Below, one piece after another: positions 25,666 to 38,215 of a stretch of DNA of 64,000 nt. Source of the DNA: Cirrosporium novae-zelandiae (Eukaryota). The first letter of the stretch is position 1, and every line of letters starts with the position of its first letter. The DNA lies in contig JAPETS010000024.1 in the NCBI GenBank assembly GCA_026023565.1, forward strand, positions 372,001 to 436,000. Reading direction: 5' to 3'. Made by a program: the position numbers and the translations under genes. The notes under the pieces were generated by a model. It made no database searches. It had not been told where the DNA came from and saw only the letters and a program-made list of their open reading frames with translations.

Positions 25666-28600
25666 GGTAGTGGTAGGGGGGCTGTGGTACCAAAGGTTCA
25701 GGAGGGTATTAGAAGGTACAAAAAGGGTACTCGAGTACAGGAGAGAGAGCAAAGGTACTGAAGTCTCTTGAAAAAAGGTACTGAAACTGAAGAGTCCAAT
25801 TGTTCAAAGAATTCTACCAAACCTGGAGAATGATCGACCGGACTTGATACCCTGGACACGGACGGACAACCACTCGATTCTTTTGGTCTCGGCACAAAAT
25901 TCGAGTCTGGGGTGTAGGATCGTTTGATGATAGTAATTTAGTATCTGGATAAATGCAATGAGAGAAATTTAGAAAATCATGGAGAGATTCTCAAAAGTAG
26001 ATAAAGGCGTTAGACTTGACTTGTTAGAGTCTTAGTCAGGTTTAAGTGGTACGAGGGACTTTTTTAGTTGAGCTGAGGATGAATGATGGAGTGTGTGAGT
26101 GAGTATGAGAGAGTGTGTGGGTTTAGTTATCGAATATACGGGTCTACTATTTTTATTTTATTTTTTTTATTATCTTTATCTTCATCTTCATTTTTGTTTT
26201 TTCTTCTAACAGATTTTTTTTGAATTTTTGCAAAAAACGGCAACTTGGGGTATCTAAAGTTGTATTTTACCCAGAAAGCTGATTGATGCTAAAAAAGAAG
26301 TGGTGCCTTTTGGATACCTTGCGGGCTTTACAGGCGATGGATGGTAGATGGTAGGGGTGGTAGGTAGTTGGTAGGGGTACGGTGGCAGTGGATTGTGGAA
26401 AATGTGGGCACCATTTCTAGGCGATGGGGGTTAATTACTGGGGGGGGGGGGGATGAATTGTGGGTTAAAGAGTGGCAGTGATTAAAAGTGAAGTAGTGGC
26501 TTTGACTTTCGCTTCAAACGCTTCTCTCCAGTAGCCAGTGGCTCCTAAAAATGTTCCCACGTTCCTCCGGGAATTTGCCCTCGTCTCGTCCAGATAGATT
26601 CTAATCTTTTCCCAATGGACTTATTTCGGCCTCATTCTTTCTCTTCAACACCCCCAAGACTTCTTAGACTATCTATATTTTATTACTCAATCTTCTTGCT
26701 AGATTGCGTAGATTGTATTATTTCCGATTTCACTAGTTTTTTATCCCATTTTCTTCTCTCTCTAGCCGAGTCACACATCTATCCAATATAAGGTAACTTC
26801 ATTAACAGCTAGATATAACCTAGGCATATAACCCACAAGTAGTTTAGTTGATAAGGGGAGGAAGAACGGAAGAAAGGGAAAATAAAGAAAAGTATAAAAA
26901 AATAAAACAAAAAAATAAAACAAAAAAATAAAACAAAAAACAAAAACATGTCTTTTGGACTGATCTTCATCTTTCTTTATGCATCGTCCTCTTATGTAAA
27001 AATGGTAAGCTGATTAACCCCATGGTACCACCTTTCCCACCTTTCCCACCTTTCCCACCTTTTTTCTTTCTTTTTGTGTTGAGTGAGATAACTTTTTTGC
27101 CTTTGGTGGGGTCCGCCTGAAAATCATGAAATTCCCGAACTATTCCCCCTTCTCCACCCCCCAAATACTTAAAATTCATTCGTTGCCTGGGAATCTCCCC
27201 ATCGCCCTAGAAATCTCTAGGAATCCCCTAGCCTCCACTACCCAAGTAGGTATGCAGCCATGTCCCTTTCCTACCAAACAGGTAAGCACACGGTACTGAT
27301 AGGGATATTTAGGAATTCCTACCACTTCACCAGCTACTCGTAGTAATGCTGCCGCCTGCAATTGTTCTGGTAAGCTAACTCCATATTTATTTTTTATCAT
27401 CTTCTAGCATCTTCCCCCCTCTCCCCCCCCTCTCCCCCCCCTCTCTCTCCCCCACCTGCATTGTTTTTTTGTGTAATGAATCTGCAAGAGATAATTAGGA
27501 GTACGGAGTAACCTCCCCATAAATTATGGTGTAAGCCCTGAGGCACCTGGCGTGCGAAACGAACACCTGTGGTCTTGAAGGGCAAACTGCTTGCTATTCT
27601 TAATTCATCTGTTACTGTTACAGATGTATACCCATGTTGTGCTTGTGTCCCAGTCTATCACGACAAAATAATTACCAGGACCCTGTTGCTCTTTTCTCCA
27701 GAATGGGAAGTAAGGTGGGGAAGCACAAACGACCTTCAAAAAGCAAAGCCTTGCTGAGACGAGACCCCAGACTCGTGCCCTGATCCCAGGCACCGGATGC
27801 CAGAGCCTTCAACTACCACCCCCGGATATTTCGTCATCTTCCAAAACCTGCCTCTTGTACCATCTAAATGTCCTTTCATGTCACCAAGGAGGCCTCCGAC
27901 TTACAATTATCCACTTTTCAACCCTTTTGTCTGTACGCATCAGTTCATCTTTGCTTCTCAGATATAAATCCCTATTCTTATCAGGGGTGGGGGTTTGCTT
28001 GGCTGGAGCTGGAGCTGTCCGTCTAATCTCGGAAAGAGCTGAAAGCCAACTATTGTCAAGGTATCCCATATCTTCCAGCTATCATATGGCTTATTGCCGC
28101 CATCTTTTAGGGATGCTAGAGACATTTCCCTGCGCTACGAGTATAATTCAAGATACAGATCGGATCGCCCGAAATATCACAATCAGCGATTTTGGATGAG
28201 AGCTCTCATTTTGGATCCTCGCGTAGTACTCGTGTGAGATTGGAGCGACTATCAGCTAGAGCTCACTGGCTCAGGCCATCCTAGAGAGAGTCTGTTGATC
28301 CCCCCCCAATGAAACACCATCAAACCCGGAGTCTAGGACTGTAGAATCACCAACGAAACCTGTATCTTTTTTTGTATCCACCACCCATTGACAGAATCGA
28401 CAAGACACGTATTTCAAAAGAAACAGAAGTGCGGTGAAAATAAGCCGGAGACAGGCGGACAGCTCATTATTATCTTCGGTTTTTGCTTTTTACAGATGCG
28501 GAGAAGCAAATCAGGACGCTGTCTTTCTGCGCCTCCTTGCAACGTGGAGGCGCAGTGGCTGGTACTGCGGAGCTGAGGTATGGAGAATAGCACCAGCACA

Positions 28601-31182
28601 CACTTTTCGGACAATCCAGTCTTCGATAGCACGAGATCCAAGGGTACACAACGTAAATGGCTATCCAGGATAGGGAATCCGGGGAGAGTTTGGAACAACG
28701 GACCTGGAGAAGGTGAAATGCGGAGGAGTGGTAATCTGTAGAATTGGTGAAGGTTTTCCCTGTTCCTTGTCAATAGTAATAGATAGAACAAATACAAATA
28801 AATATGTCAACTGTGCCGAGTCATTACTCAACGGAATGCGCCTGAACTCGTACGCAGGTCTTTGAGATGTTTGTGGTCTTTGTACATAATAGGCAGCCAT
28901 TGTCCATCGGACTCCAGCGAAATTCTCCTGAGATGGATGAATAATAGAGAATACCAGTCCACTGGAAGACAGGATAATCCTGTAGATCCACGATGGTGTT
29001 GGATGAGTTGGACCAACTGGATCAACTGGAGTATTATTGTTCACTTGTTCGGCGATATAGATCTGCGAGGAATTTTGTGGGGTGATGGGTGAAGGGTTTG
29101 TTTGGATGTCGGAGAAACTTCTGAGACGCATGGGGCAACTACAGGGAGGAACCATTGGATGTCCAGATGTGCCACATTACAGGAGAGCCTCCATACGGAT
29201 ACCACATGCCACATACCACATACCACATACCACATTACCCCTTCGTGGCATTGGAGTCCCTGCTTATTCTTACGAAAGCCATGATGACGATGATATTGGC
29301 TTGAAGGCGTTTTTTTTTTTTTCTTCTTCTCATCTCTTCTGGTCGATTTGTTGCTATTTCCAAAGGTGAGCACTTTGATTAGAATTGCTGATACGTTGAA
29401 TAATAATCAAACCTTCAACTAGAGGCTTGACTAGAAGAAATGCAACACCACGATGGGACTTATTGATAGGTGGTTAGTCAAAGTTACTTGCAAAAGTTAC
29501 AAGGGTTTCCTAAGAGGACAAAAGACGGAGGAATGACCGGAGCACAAGCTGTTTGCTTTAAGGCTGAAGTAAGCGTGCCAAGTGTGGGGGGGACTCATCT
29601 TGAAATCTTGGACGCCCTGGACGGCCCATTTCGTTTGGTGGAGTCTAAACTTGGGCGTGGGTGGTTGTGATGGTCTCATAGGTTCCTTTTACTCCTTATG
29701 CTTCATATTTGGACCTGAGACTTCCACTGAGAGTTTAAGACACATTGAAAACCTTTGGTCGACACGGTCAACATTGTCAACATAGTCAACATGGTCAGAA
29801 ATGCGGAGGTCGAGGAGGTCGAGGTTTGTTGAGGTTATCGTAGGAAACCGGCACTATCCGAGATAGCCTGTCTGTTTTTGGTAACTCTTTTGGCCCCCGA
29901 CTTTTACCTTATTCCTCATCCGCCCATCAACTTCTCATCACCATCAGGCGGGGCAAGATAACCATGCCCCAAATACCTGAAGCCTGAGGAGTTGACTTTT
30001 AGGGATTACACTTGTTCAGATTTGACATTTGAGACTCGAGAAGGTCGCAGAAATCAAGAAAAGGAAAGGGTTGACACCTATGGCTATGGCTATGGCTATG
30101 GCTATGACAGAGGGATGGATGATGCAACTTTCCCCGGCCTTCTCCGAATCTTCTCCGCAGGTATCCTCGTCGAGTCGTTGTATGTATTCGGTATTCGATG
30201 ATGTGTCAACCAGCTTCATCATCCCCTTACTCTAGTTTTAATCAAGGAGCCTGCAACCCAGTAATAAGAGCAATAAGAGCAAAAGGCTTCAAAGTTAATT
30301 GAAGAAGGATCCTCCAATATTCGTTTTCCCTCTTGTGTTACTGTGGAGTTATTGGAGATTACCAGATTCAGAGTCAGGGATGGAAAAGCGAGAGCGGGGT
30401 CCCGGTATCAGCGGAGGAAGAGACAGTAGTGGATCCGTGCAGGAAAATTCATTCATCCATCATCCTTCGTATTGATATGATAATTAGGATTTTCATAGTA
30501 TTTCCGCTCCCGGCGAGAACTGCCGCCAAAGGCGCTCAAGGGGTTAAACTCCGGCCAAACTCGGAACGCCTAGGAAGCCTCAAAAAAAACCCTCAAGACT
30601 TTCCAGACTTCAAATCAAACCCTTCAAGCCGCAGCATGACGAATGTCACGATTACGGTCCTTGGAACCCGAGGGATCCTTTTTTTCATCGGCAAGTCGGA
30701 AAGTTATTGCGATATTTTGCGGAGAATATGGAGCCACTACTGTTAGCTGTCTGCAAATCAAAGGGGCAAAGGTCAGCTTCCACAAAACATGTGACTGTCC
30801 TTCAAACCATTATGTTATTTAGAGAAAACTTTAAAACCAATTCAGCGAAGCCTAGCCATCAGACTTGATAATAAGAATTGTACCTGAATGTTCTGAATAT
30901 TGCCTTGCTGACTATCTTTTACCGAGTTTGGTCCTTGATGTTATTGACCATATGATCTTGAATTATTGCAAAGTCGCATATCAGTTGCATCGCTGCCAGT
31001 CTACCACCCCTGGCCAGTTTTCATCTGTCATGGATAGACATCGACTTCATGGAAATTATCAAATTATCCCAGCTGTACTCCTAATCATTTGCGTTGTCTT
31101 GTCTTGTTTTCAAACGATAGTGAGCAACGTTAGTTCCAGTTCTTCATGCTGGTATTTGGCCTAGGTCTAAATGGATATCCTT

Positions 31183-32629
31183 CTATGCTATGAGACAATG
31201 CAATAAATCTTTTTCCCAGGGTACTTCTTGAATTCCTCTTCCAATCAACACTATTTTACCGTCAGGTTTGTGAGTCGGTGTACTGCCGTGTGTTGTGTGA
31301 TCCCCCCCGTCCTGCGCCGGAGCATCTAGAATTTCAAAGATATCTCGAACTCCCTGGATGATCTTGATTAAACCGTCTTTCATGGGGATCAGGCCTTTCA
31401 GGCGATGAATTTCAAAAGGTGGATACGGATCACCTGAGTCGTGCAATTTACTCTCCCACAGAATTGATCGTAGCCATGCATCGAGCTTTTCGAGGCCTTC
31501 ACCGTTCAGAACTGGGGTCTGAATGGTAGTGGTTGATATTGTCTTTCACGTTGTCAGCAAAACTTTCTTTATGCAGAATAGCACCGTATATTCTCACAGA
31601 ATCATGATGGCTGTGTCCTTTGTCATGGGGATCAAAATGTCCAATCGAGTCGTACGCATGCAGATCCAAGACTAGCCCTTCTAGCTGTGGAACTTGACTG
31701 TGTTCCGTGATGGTTATATTCGCCAAGCCATTTATTGCTTCAATTCTCCCCCGTACTTTCTTAAGTTCATCAGCTGATACAAGGTCACTCTTGTTGATGA
31801 GTATTTTATCTGCATGTGAAACCTGAAGGTACGCTGTGCTCAGTGCTGGACCTATATGGCCCGCGTGCGTGAGTGTGTCTGGGGCCGGCTCATCCAGGCA
31901 GCGGGAGATGTTTTTCGCATCCACAAGGGTGACAATCCCGTCAAGATATATGGAGCTTCCGAGCCCATCATCTACCCAAAAAATAGGTGCAATGTTTCCT
32001 GGGTCAGCCAAACCAGTTGTCTCGAGCAAAATATAATCGAAGGCGCCTCTCTTTTCCATGAGGGATTCAATGGCATTTACGCCGGAGTCCCTAGATTCCT
32101 TAGTTAATTCGAGTGAACTTTAGCCCTTTGGGACGTCTTACTTCACCGAACAGCATAAACACCCATTGGCTAGTTCTAACCATTCCTCAACTTCTTGACC
32201 GTTTTGGTTAATCGTAAGGCTCTTTTCAATATCGACAGCTGCGAATCCATCAGTAATATTCGCTTCATGGAAAGCGTATAAATACAGTCACCGAACTCTA
32301 CAAACGAAAGTATTAGTAGGCTTGCACGAGTGGATATGATGCGATTGTATACAAGCCGTTAAGTATAACCGCAATTTTCTTCCCATGTTGCTCTTTCAGT
32401 ATATAGTTCATTAGAGTAGTCTTTCCCGCTCCCAGGTATCCTATTATCACTCAACATAATGCCTTTGAGTGCATGTTGGAAGAAACATACCAGTAACGAT
32501 GGTAATTGGCACCTTTGTCTGGCTTAGATCTACAGATCTGGGTTCTGAAGTGGCTGGAGTATCCATAACCGCCCCATCTGTCGAGACAAGCATAGGCGGG
32601 TCGCCTTCGCCTTCAGAATCTGAGTACAT
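31183..32629 (-). CDS. ZNG1: COG0523/CobW-family zinc metallochaperone GTPase
   Basis: [25 protein letters not shown] (12-nt micro-exon), [11 protein letters not shown] (CxCC), [17 protein letters not shown], CobW_C EIHRLKG...IVLIGRG. N-terminal DPPMLV resembles the MetAP1-binding motif. Confidence 0.92.
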
Positions 32630-33149
32630 ATTGATTGATCAAAAAGGGCTTCTCCAATTAAAGAAAGCTGAGGTTTCTTGCGTTGATGCAAATGGTGCCT
32701 CAAAAAATTGAAGTATGACGTGAGACAGGAAACCCCTCAGGGCAATGCAAACGGAACAAATAGTCTACAAGGATATAATTATTTTCCTCGACCAACAACC
32801 AGGTAACTCTACACTCTGTATATTATTTCTTCACTTCATTCCCTACAAACTAAAGCTAGAAAGCCAATACAAAGCGAAGTGTCAAATATTTCCGAGAATT
32901 CCAATGCCTCAAGTTCAATTTCTTGCATTTCAAACAAGTCAGCGAGAGTCACTTGGGCTGTATTCTGCACCGAGTCTAAAAACTAATTACATGAAGCTTG
33001 TCGAGTATAATCTGCCAACTAAAACTCCAACTTCAGATTTCCTAAAGTTCCGGAAGATCGTGAACGGTGCATGCGCTTCCCGGATCCCCAGAAGCGTCAA
33101 CGAGCGCTGCTGCTGTGTGCTTTCCCACAGCCACCTCCACCTCCTCCCG

Positions 33150-34680
33150 TGCATCCCATCCATATAAATATTTCTCCCAACCTCCACCCCCTTTCAGTTA
33201 TGATGCGCACCCATTTCATCAGGAACCCCGGTCTCCGAATCACCGGATACAGAATCAAATCAAAGTATAGCGCAAAGGCGGAAACCATGTCCTGCGCTGA
33301 ACCTTATGCTGTCGAAATTTGGATGCGAGCCATTTCCCGCTATTGCTACGCGCTTCGTTCGTGGTTGCCTCACTTCATAGAAGACTATGGAGGTCAGCTC
33401 GATGGCGTCAGTTTCAGAGAACTGAGTCTAAGTAGGCCGAGAGTGGTCTGTCGCAGTATCGGTCAGGCTGACATAGTGTGCCAGCAGAAATGCCAGTGGC
33501 TGCGTATCCTCTAGCGCTTGCGAGGCGCCCTGGCCCGTTTGTGGACTCAGAGCATGAGTTGCATCACCAACAATGACGATTCCATTGGTTCCCCAAGTTG
33601 GCAGCTCTGGTATTGTCCATCCCAGATATATCAAGTCCAGTTCCGCTCTTGAAATGATATCGTGAATGACCGGGTCTCTCCAGTATTCATATCGTTTAAG
33701 AAGCTCGCGACGAGTCGAGGATGGATTCACATTTGAAGCTGCCGGTAGCTCACCCGTATCTATCGAGGAACCCCACATCACCTGAGAAGGCGATGGACAA
33801 TATGAACTGTAGCTGAAACCTCCCCCCAAAACCTATAGTAAATACCGCCGAATGTCGGATCTCCTCAGGCAGGGAAAACTCCTGAAAACCCCCAATGCTA
33901 ACCTGACCTTTAGTCGAAATCAGAAGTAGACGATATGAAACATCAAAAAAATCCCACTTACTCATACTCGGGAACAACTGCACCTTCCCCAAAAATCCCC
34001 TCCCTAACAATACTCCAAACCCCATCAGCCCCAACAACAAGATCAGTCTCCTCCTCATCCGGCACGCCCCCCACAAACCCAACAGTCGGCTTCCCCCCTT
34101 TCCCAACAAAAACCTTCGCCACCCGCCTCAGCACAACCCTATCCTCAGAAACCTGCTCTCTAAGATACTTCTACAATCCATACCGACATACTCATCACAC
34201 GTCGGCACTTCCACTTCTACCCTATTCCTATTCCCCATCCTCACAAGCCTCTAACCCCAACGAGAATCCTAAACTCAAACTCAAACCCCCGAGCCACACA
34301 TAACCCGCTCAACAGATAGATGTCTCGACTCAGACCCAGGCCCAGGGACCAACAGAACCCTCACTCATCCCAATTCAGAGATACAGTATCGCTATACCAC
34401 CACCGCCGCCGCCACCGCCACCATCACCAACCATAGTAAAAGAATAGAACAACATAATTCTCCTCTCGTCGTTGAGAGAGGCAACTTTCTTCTTCTTCTT
34501 CTTCTTCTTCTTCTTCTTTTTACGGGGCCTGTTGTGGATTTCGTAGACTTGGGGGTTATTATTGGTAGGAGGGAGGCGGGGAGATGCCTTTTGCAAGTAG
34601 AGAGAGGAATGTTTGAGAGGGCCGACGATGATGATTTTTTTTGTAAGACAGAGGATCAGGGGGTTTTGGTTTTCGTGGAT
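33150..34680 (-). pseudogene. Degraded FAD-dependent monooxygenase
   Basis: DLVVGADGVWSIVR and IVIVGDATHALSPQTGQGASQALED are retained. The GxGxxG motif is lost (KIIIVGPLK), the 5' part has stops and microsatellite expansions, and there are frameshifts at about 33825 and 33428. Confidence 0.75.
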
Positions 34681-35535
34681 CTTTAACGGTCTTCTTAACA
34701 GCCTTAACAGCTAGCTTTCCGTGTAGATGTAGGTAGGTAGGTAATCAATACAACGGCTTGTTAGAACTAGATTCAGGTCAAATCAAATCAAGCCAAAGTC
34801 CTCAAAGCCCCAAAAGCTCCCTTCCTTTCCTTTCCTTTGTACGCGATAGAAAATCACAAATCGTTATATCAGGTACCCAAGACCAACAAAAACAAACAAA
34901 AACATCTCATTATTACCGCTATCCATGCTATCCATATACCCATATATATATGCTTGTGTATGTGTCCTAAACCCTTACAAAAAATAGCAAGGACGAGTAG
35001 GAAGGAGGAACTAACGAATATGTCGTAGCTAGTATTAGGAGGCAACTACTGTAGTTAACTACAACGATATCATATCGTATCATATCACACAGAACTAATA
35101 TATATTTCAATACATTTTAGATATATAAGTTAGATAAAGCAACTAAACCTGACAGACTCTTTCTCCCTCTTAGGACTTTCTAAACTACTCAAGAAAAAGT
35201 TAAAGTAAAGTAAAACTCATAAGGGAACAACCAACCAACTCAGTGAGTGAGTGGAGTCGAAAGATCACCATCATATATTACTTATAATCATCCAATTCAA
35301 TTCAAATCTGCTCGTTATATCGAAAAAAAAAAAAAAGCTAGGGTATTTTCTTTGTTTCTTCCCCTAGCCTAACCGTGGTATCTTTTTCTCTGAACATAAA
35401 AAAAATCAAAAATATTTTTGCGCCGTAATAAGTAAGTTATAAGTTATTTCCTTGAACACCAAACATTTGATTATATGTTTCCAAAAACACAGGTTCATGA
35501 GGTCATGAAGAAGAAGATGTTGTTAACCCATGTGG

Positions 35536-37374
35536 CTAGGATGCTAGCTGTTCTACCCATATCTGTGTTGCAAGGGATTAGTATATAAACTTGATAATAG
35601 CTAAGGGGAGGGGGTTCTTGGAAAGTAGCTTACCTCCATCTTTGCCACGTCACTTCCAGCACGTCTCGCATCCTTGCGAGCATTCTGGATTGCCATTTCT
35701 AAATCATCCTGATCCCCCATCGTAATCATGTCGCCTTCGTCTCGCATCATACACTTGAACCTCCTCCGCAGTCCGAATTTTTCCCTTATGCGATTGGCAA
35801 AATCGGAAAATTCCAAACTGGGTGGGATCATGATAAACCGAGTGTCATCAGCATAGACTTTGACTCTGATCATACGAATGTCTGGTCGTCGCGATGAGGT
35901 CCGGCTTGGACGCCGTTGATAAGATCTGGAAGGACTTCCATACGTATCGAATTCATCTTCATCGGCATTGGAACCTTCATATTGATCACTGTCGTATCCA
36001 TCATCTCCCACAACATCGTCCTCGGGAATGAAAGCTGGTGGTTTACGTCCACTACCCCGTTTTGATTTTGGTGAGCGGTACATGTCGTAGACTTTGTCGG
36101 CCTGGTATTCATCCACCGGGTCTTCACGCAGCTGTTCACAGAACAGCCGCTCTCTCTGTGCAGGACGAGGGTTTGAATACTTTCGACTGTTACCGCCGCG
36201 AGGCTCGGATGCAGTTCTGATGGTACCATGACGAGGACGACTCATAGCATCTGGGGCCGTCATACTTCGATCTGGTGGTCCTAACGAATCTAGGGACCCG
36301 CTTGAAGTGTGAGTTCCTGATGTATTGGCGCGTCTAAGACTAGGAGGTGGTCCCCCTCCAGATCGAACTGAGGCCGCTCGACTTGTCATGGAAGGTTTAG
36401 ACATTGAGGTATCTATCGACAGCACCGATTGTTTGTCAGATTCAGGAGGTGGTGTTGGAGGGAACATATTTCGATGGATGGGTGGTTCAGATTGTTGCCT
36501 TGCTCTGCTCTGCAGATTTGGATCTACAAGGTTGGTTGCGGCAAAGGATATTTTTTCCTGAGGTCTATCATCTTGGGCTGCCGTAGCCTGTGCTCTTTGC
36601 TGTTTCCTCTCTGATCCAGTGAAGCCAGTAAATGCGTTGGACTTATCGGATGCTGCGACAAGCCGAGCTTTTCCAAGATAATCCTTGGTTTTCAAGTTCT
36701 TGACTTTGGCCTCATTTGGTCGGTAGATGATACCTACCGGGATGGAAAAGACTGTGTAGCCCTCGGCTTGCTCCCTAATCGCTTCATCAATGACATCGTG
36801 ATCCGGAGTTACTTTTTCCTTCACGGCAAATGACAAGTCTTTCATTCCAGCATCTCTTTGCTGGAGATATATATAACAGAGTCCTCGGTTGAAAAGTACC
36901 TCGCATGAAAACAGCTTGAACTTTAGCCCAAGCTGATCGTAATCAATGTAGGTATTGCCTCGCAAATATAGCAGTGTGTCATTAAAGTTCGCCAATGCTT
37001 CTTCGAAGTCGCCAAGGAGGAAGTTGGAAACCCCTTCTTGGAAATAGGCGACCGCGAAGTATTGATCAAGCCGAACTGCTCGTTGATAGCACTCAACCTA
37101 TTCGGACGTCAGAGCTAAGCATACATTGGATTCCAGGGCACCACACTGACCGCCTTGTCATGCTCACCCAGTGTAGCATGAATGACGCCACAATTGAAGA
37201 GAATCTTTGAGGTATCAGATATTGCGTCAAAGGTTCTTAATGCTTCATCGAATTCGTTATTGTCGTAATGATTTAGAGCTTGCACCCAAGTCTCGATTTC
37301 CTAACAGCATACGAGTGAGCAATTGCCTATGGATACTTCGGACAGTCCTCACTGCCTACCTGTTTAAGTGACAT
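35536..37374 (-). CDS. noxR: NADPH oxidase regulator NoxR (p67phox homologue; TPR + PB1)
   Basis: MSLKQ/EIETWVQALNHYDNNEFDEAL...ILFNCGVIHATLGEH, YLRGNTYIDYDQLGLKFKLFSCEVLFNRGLCYIYL, C-terminal PB1 IRVKVYADDTR...DEGDMITMGDQDDL. Last exon IWVEQLAS*. Confidence 0.96.
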
Positions 37375-38175
37375 TGTTGATTGATTTTCGTCCTCGAGAG
37401 TGGACAAGCTGATCTGAACATGCACAAACTGACAATGTGACAAGGTTCCGAGGAAGCAGATGCTAGATATAGAAAAATATAGTGTGGGAAAGTTATCAGA
37501 TGACGGGAACCTCCAGGGTCCGGCCCAGATAGATCAATTGATGGGGTTTGCTGCTAGTGTTGGAATATGTATCTAGTGAGTGTGAAGCACAACCTTCGAG
37601 TTGCTGCAGATAAGAATGGAAGAGAGAATGGGATGGTGTCCCGAGGTCTAGATATTAAGCGCCGTTTCCGAAAAAAGGACGACAAGAAACAATAATCTGC
37701 GAAAGAATGACAACGAGAGTACGAGAGTACATCCGGTAGGTTGGGGTGGAGCAGCTTTCCAAAGTCCAAGAAATGAAGGCGGGCCCGGTTGTTATTGTAA
37801 TAGAGCAATTAGGGACTTTCCCTGGGGTCCCTGGGGTAGTAAGATTTCGCAGCATTTGAAGCACTTGCAGCATTGGGACCATCTAGTCCTCTCGTCACAC
37901 CTGGTGTCGCAGATTTGCAACCCTGGTTTAGAATTCTAAGAGACAATATTTGACTGATTGGTGGGGAAGTATCGGCATAGTTGGACAGCAAAGCCCTCGG
38001 CGTCCTTGACGGGCGCTTACAGAACTCTTTCTCTCAAAAATCACTTTTGTTCATAACTTTCTTTGATCTCGGAGGGCGCCTTTTGTCATTTTTATTTTAT
38101 TTTATTTTATTTATTTTTCTTATACAGCCAGCACATCAATTTTCCAAAAATAACCAGATTGCTTTTTAAGTGTGA

Positions 38176-38215
38176 AATTTATTGGAATTTATTGGAATTT
38201 ATTGGAATTTATTGG
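38176..38215. repeat. Tandem 10-bp repeat (aatttattgg)x4, each containing CCAAT on the minus strand
   Basis: Direct reading of the sequence. Confidence 0.85.

Noticed and set aside
27750..27812. TPP-riboswitch-like words GCTGAGA...CCTGATC
   Set aside because: Spacing and the TAAT-CC-GCG segment do not fit, and it is not in an intron of a thiamine gene.
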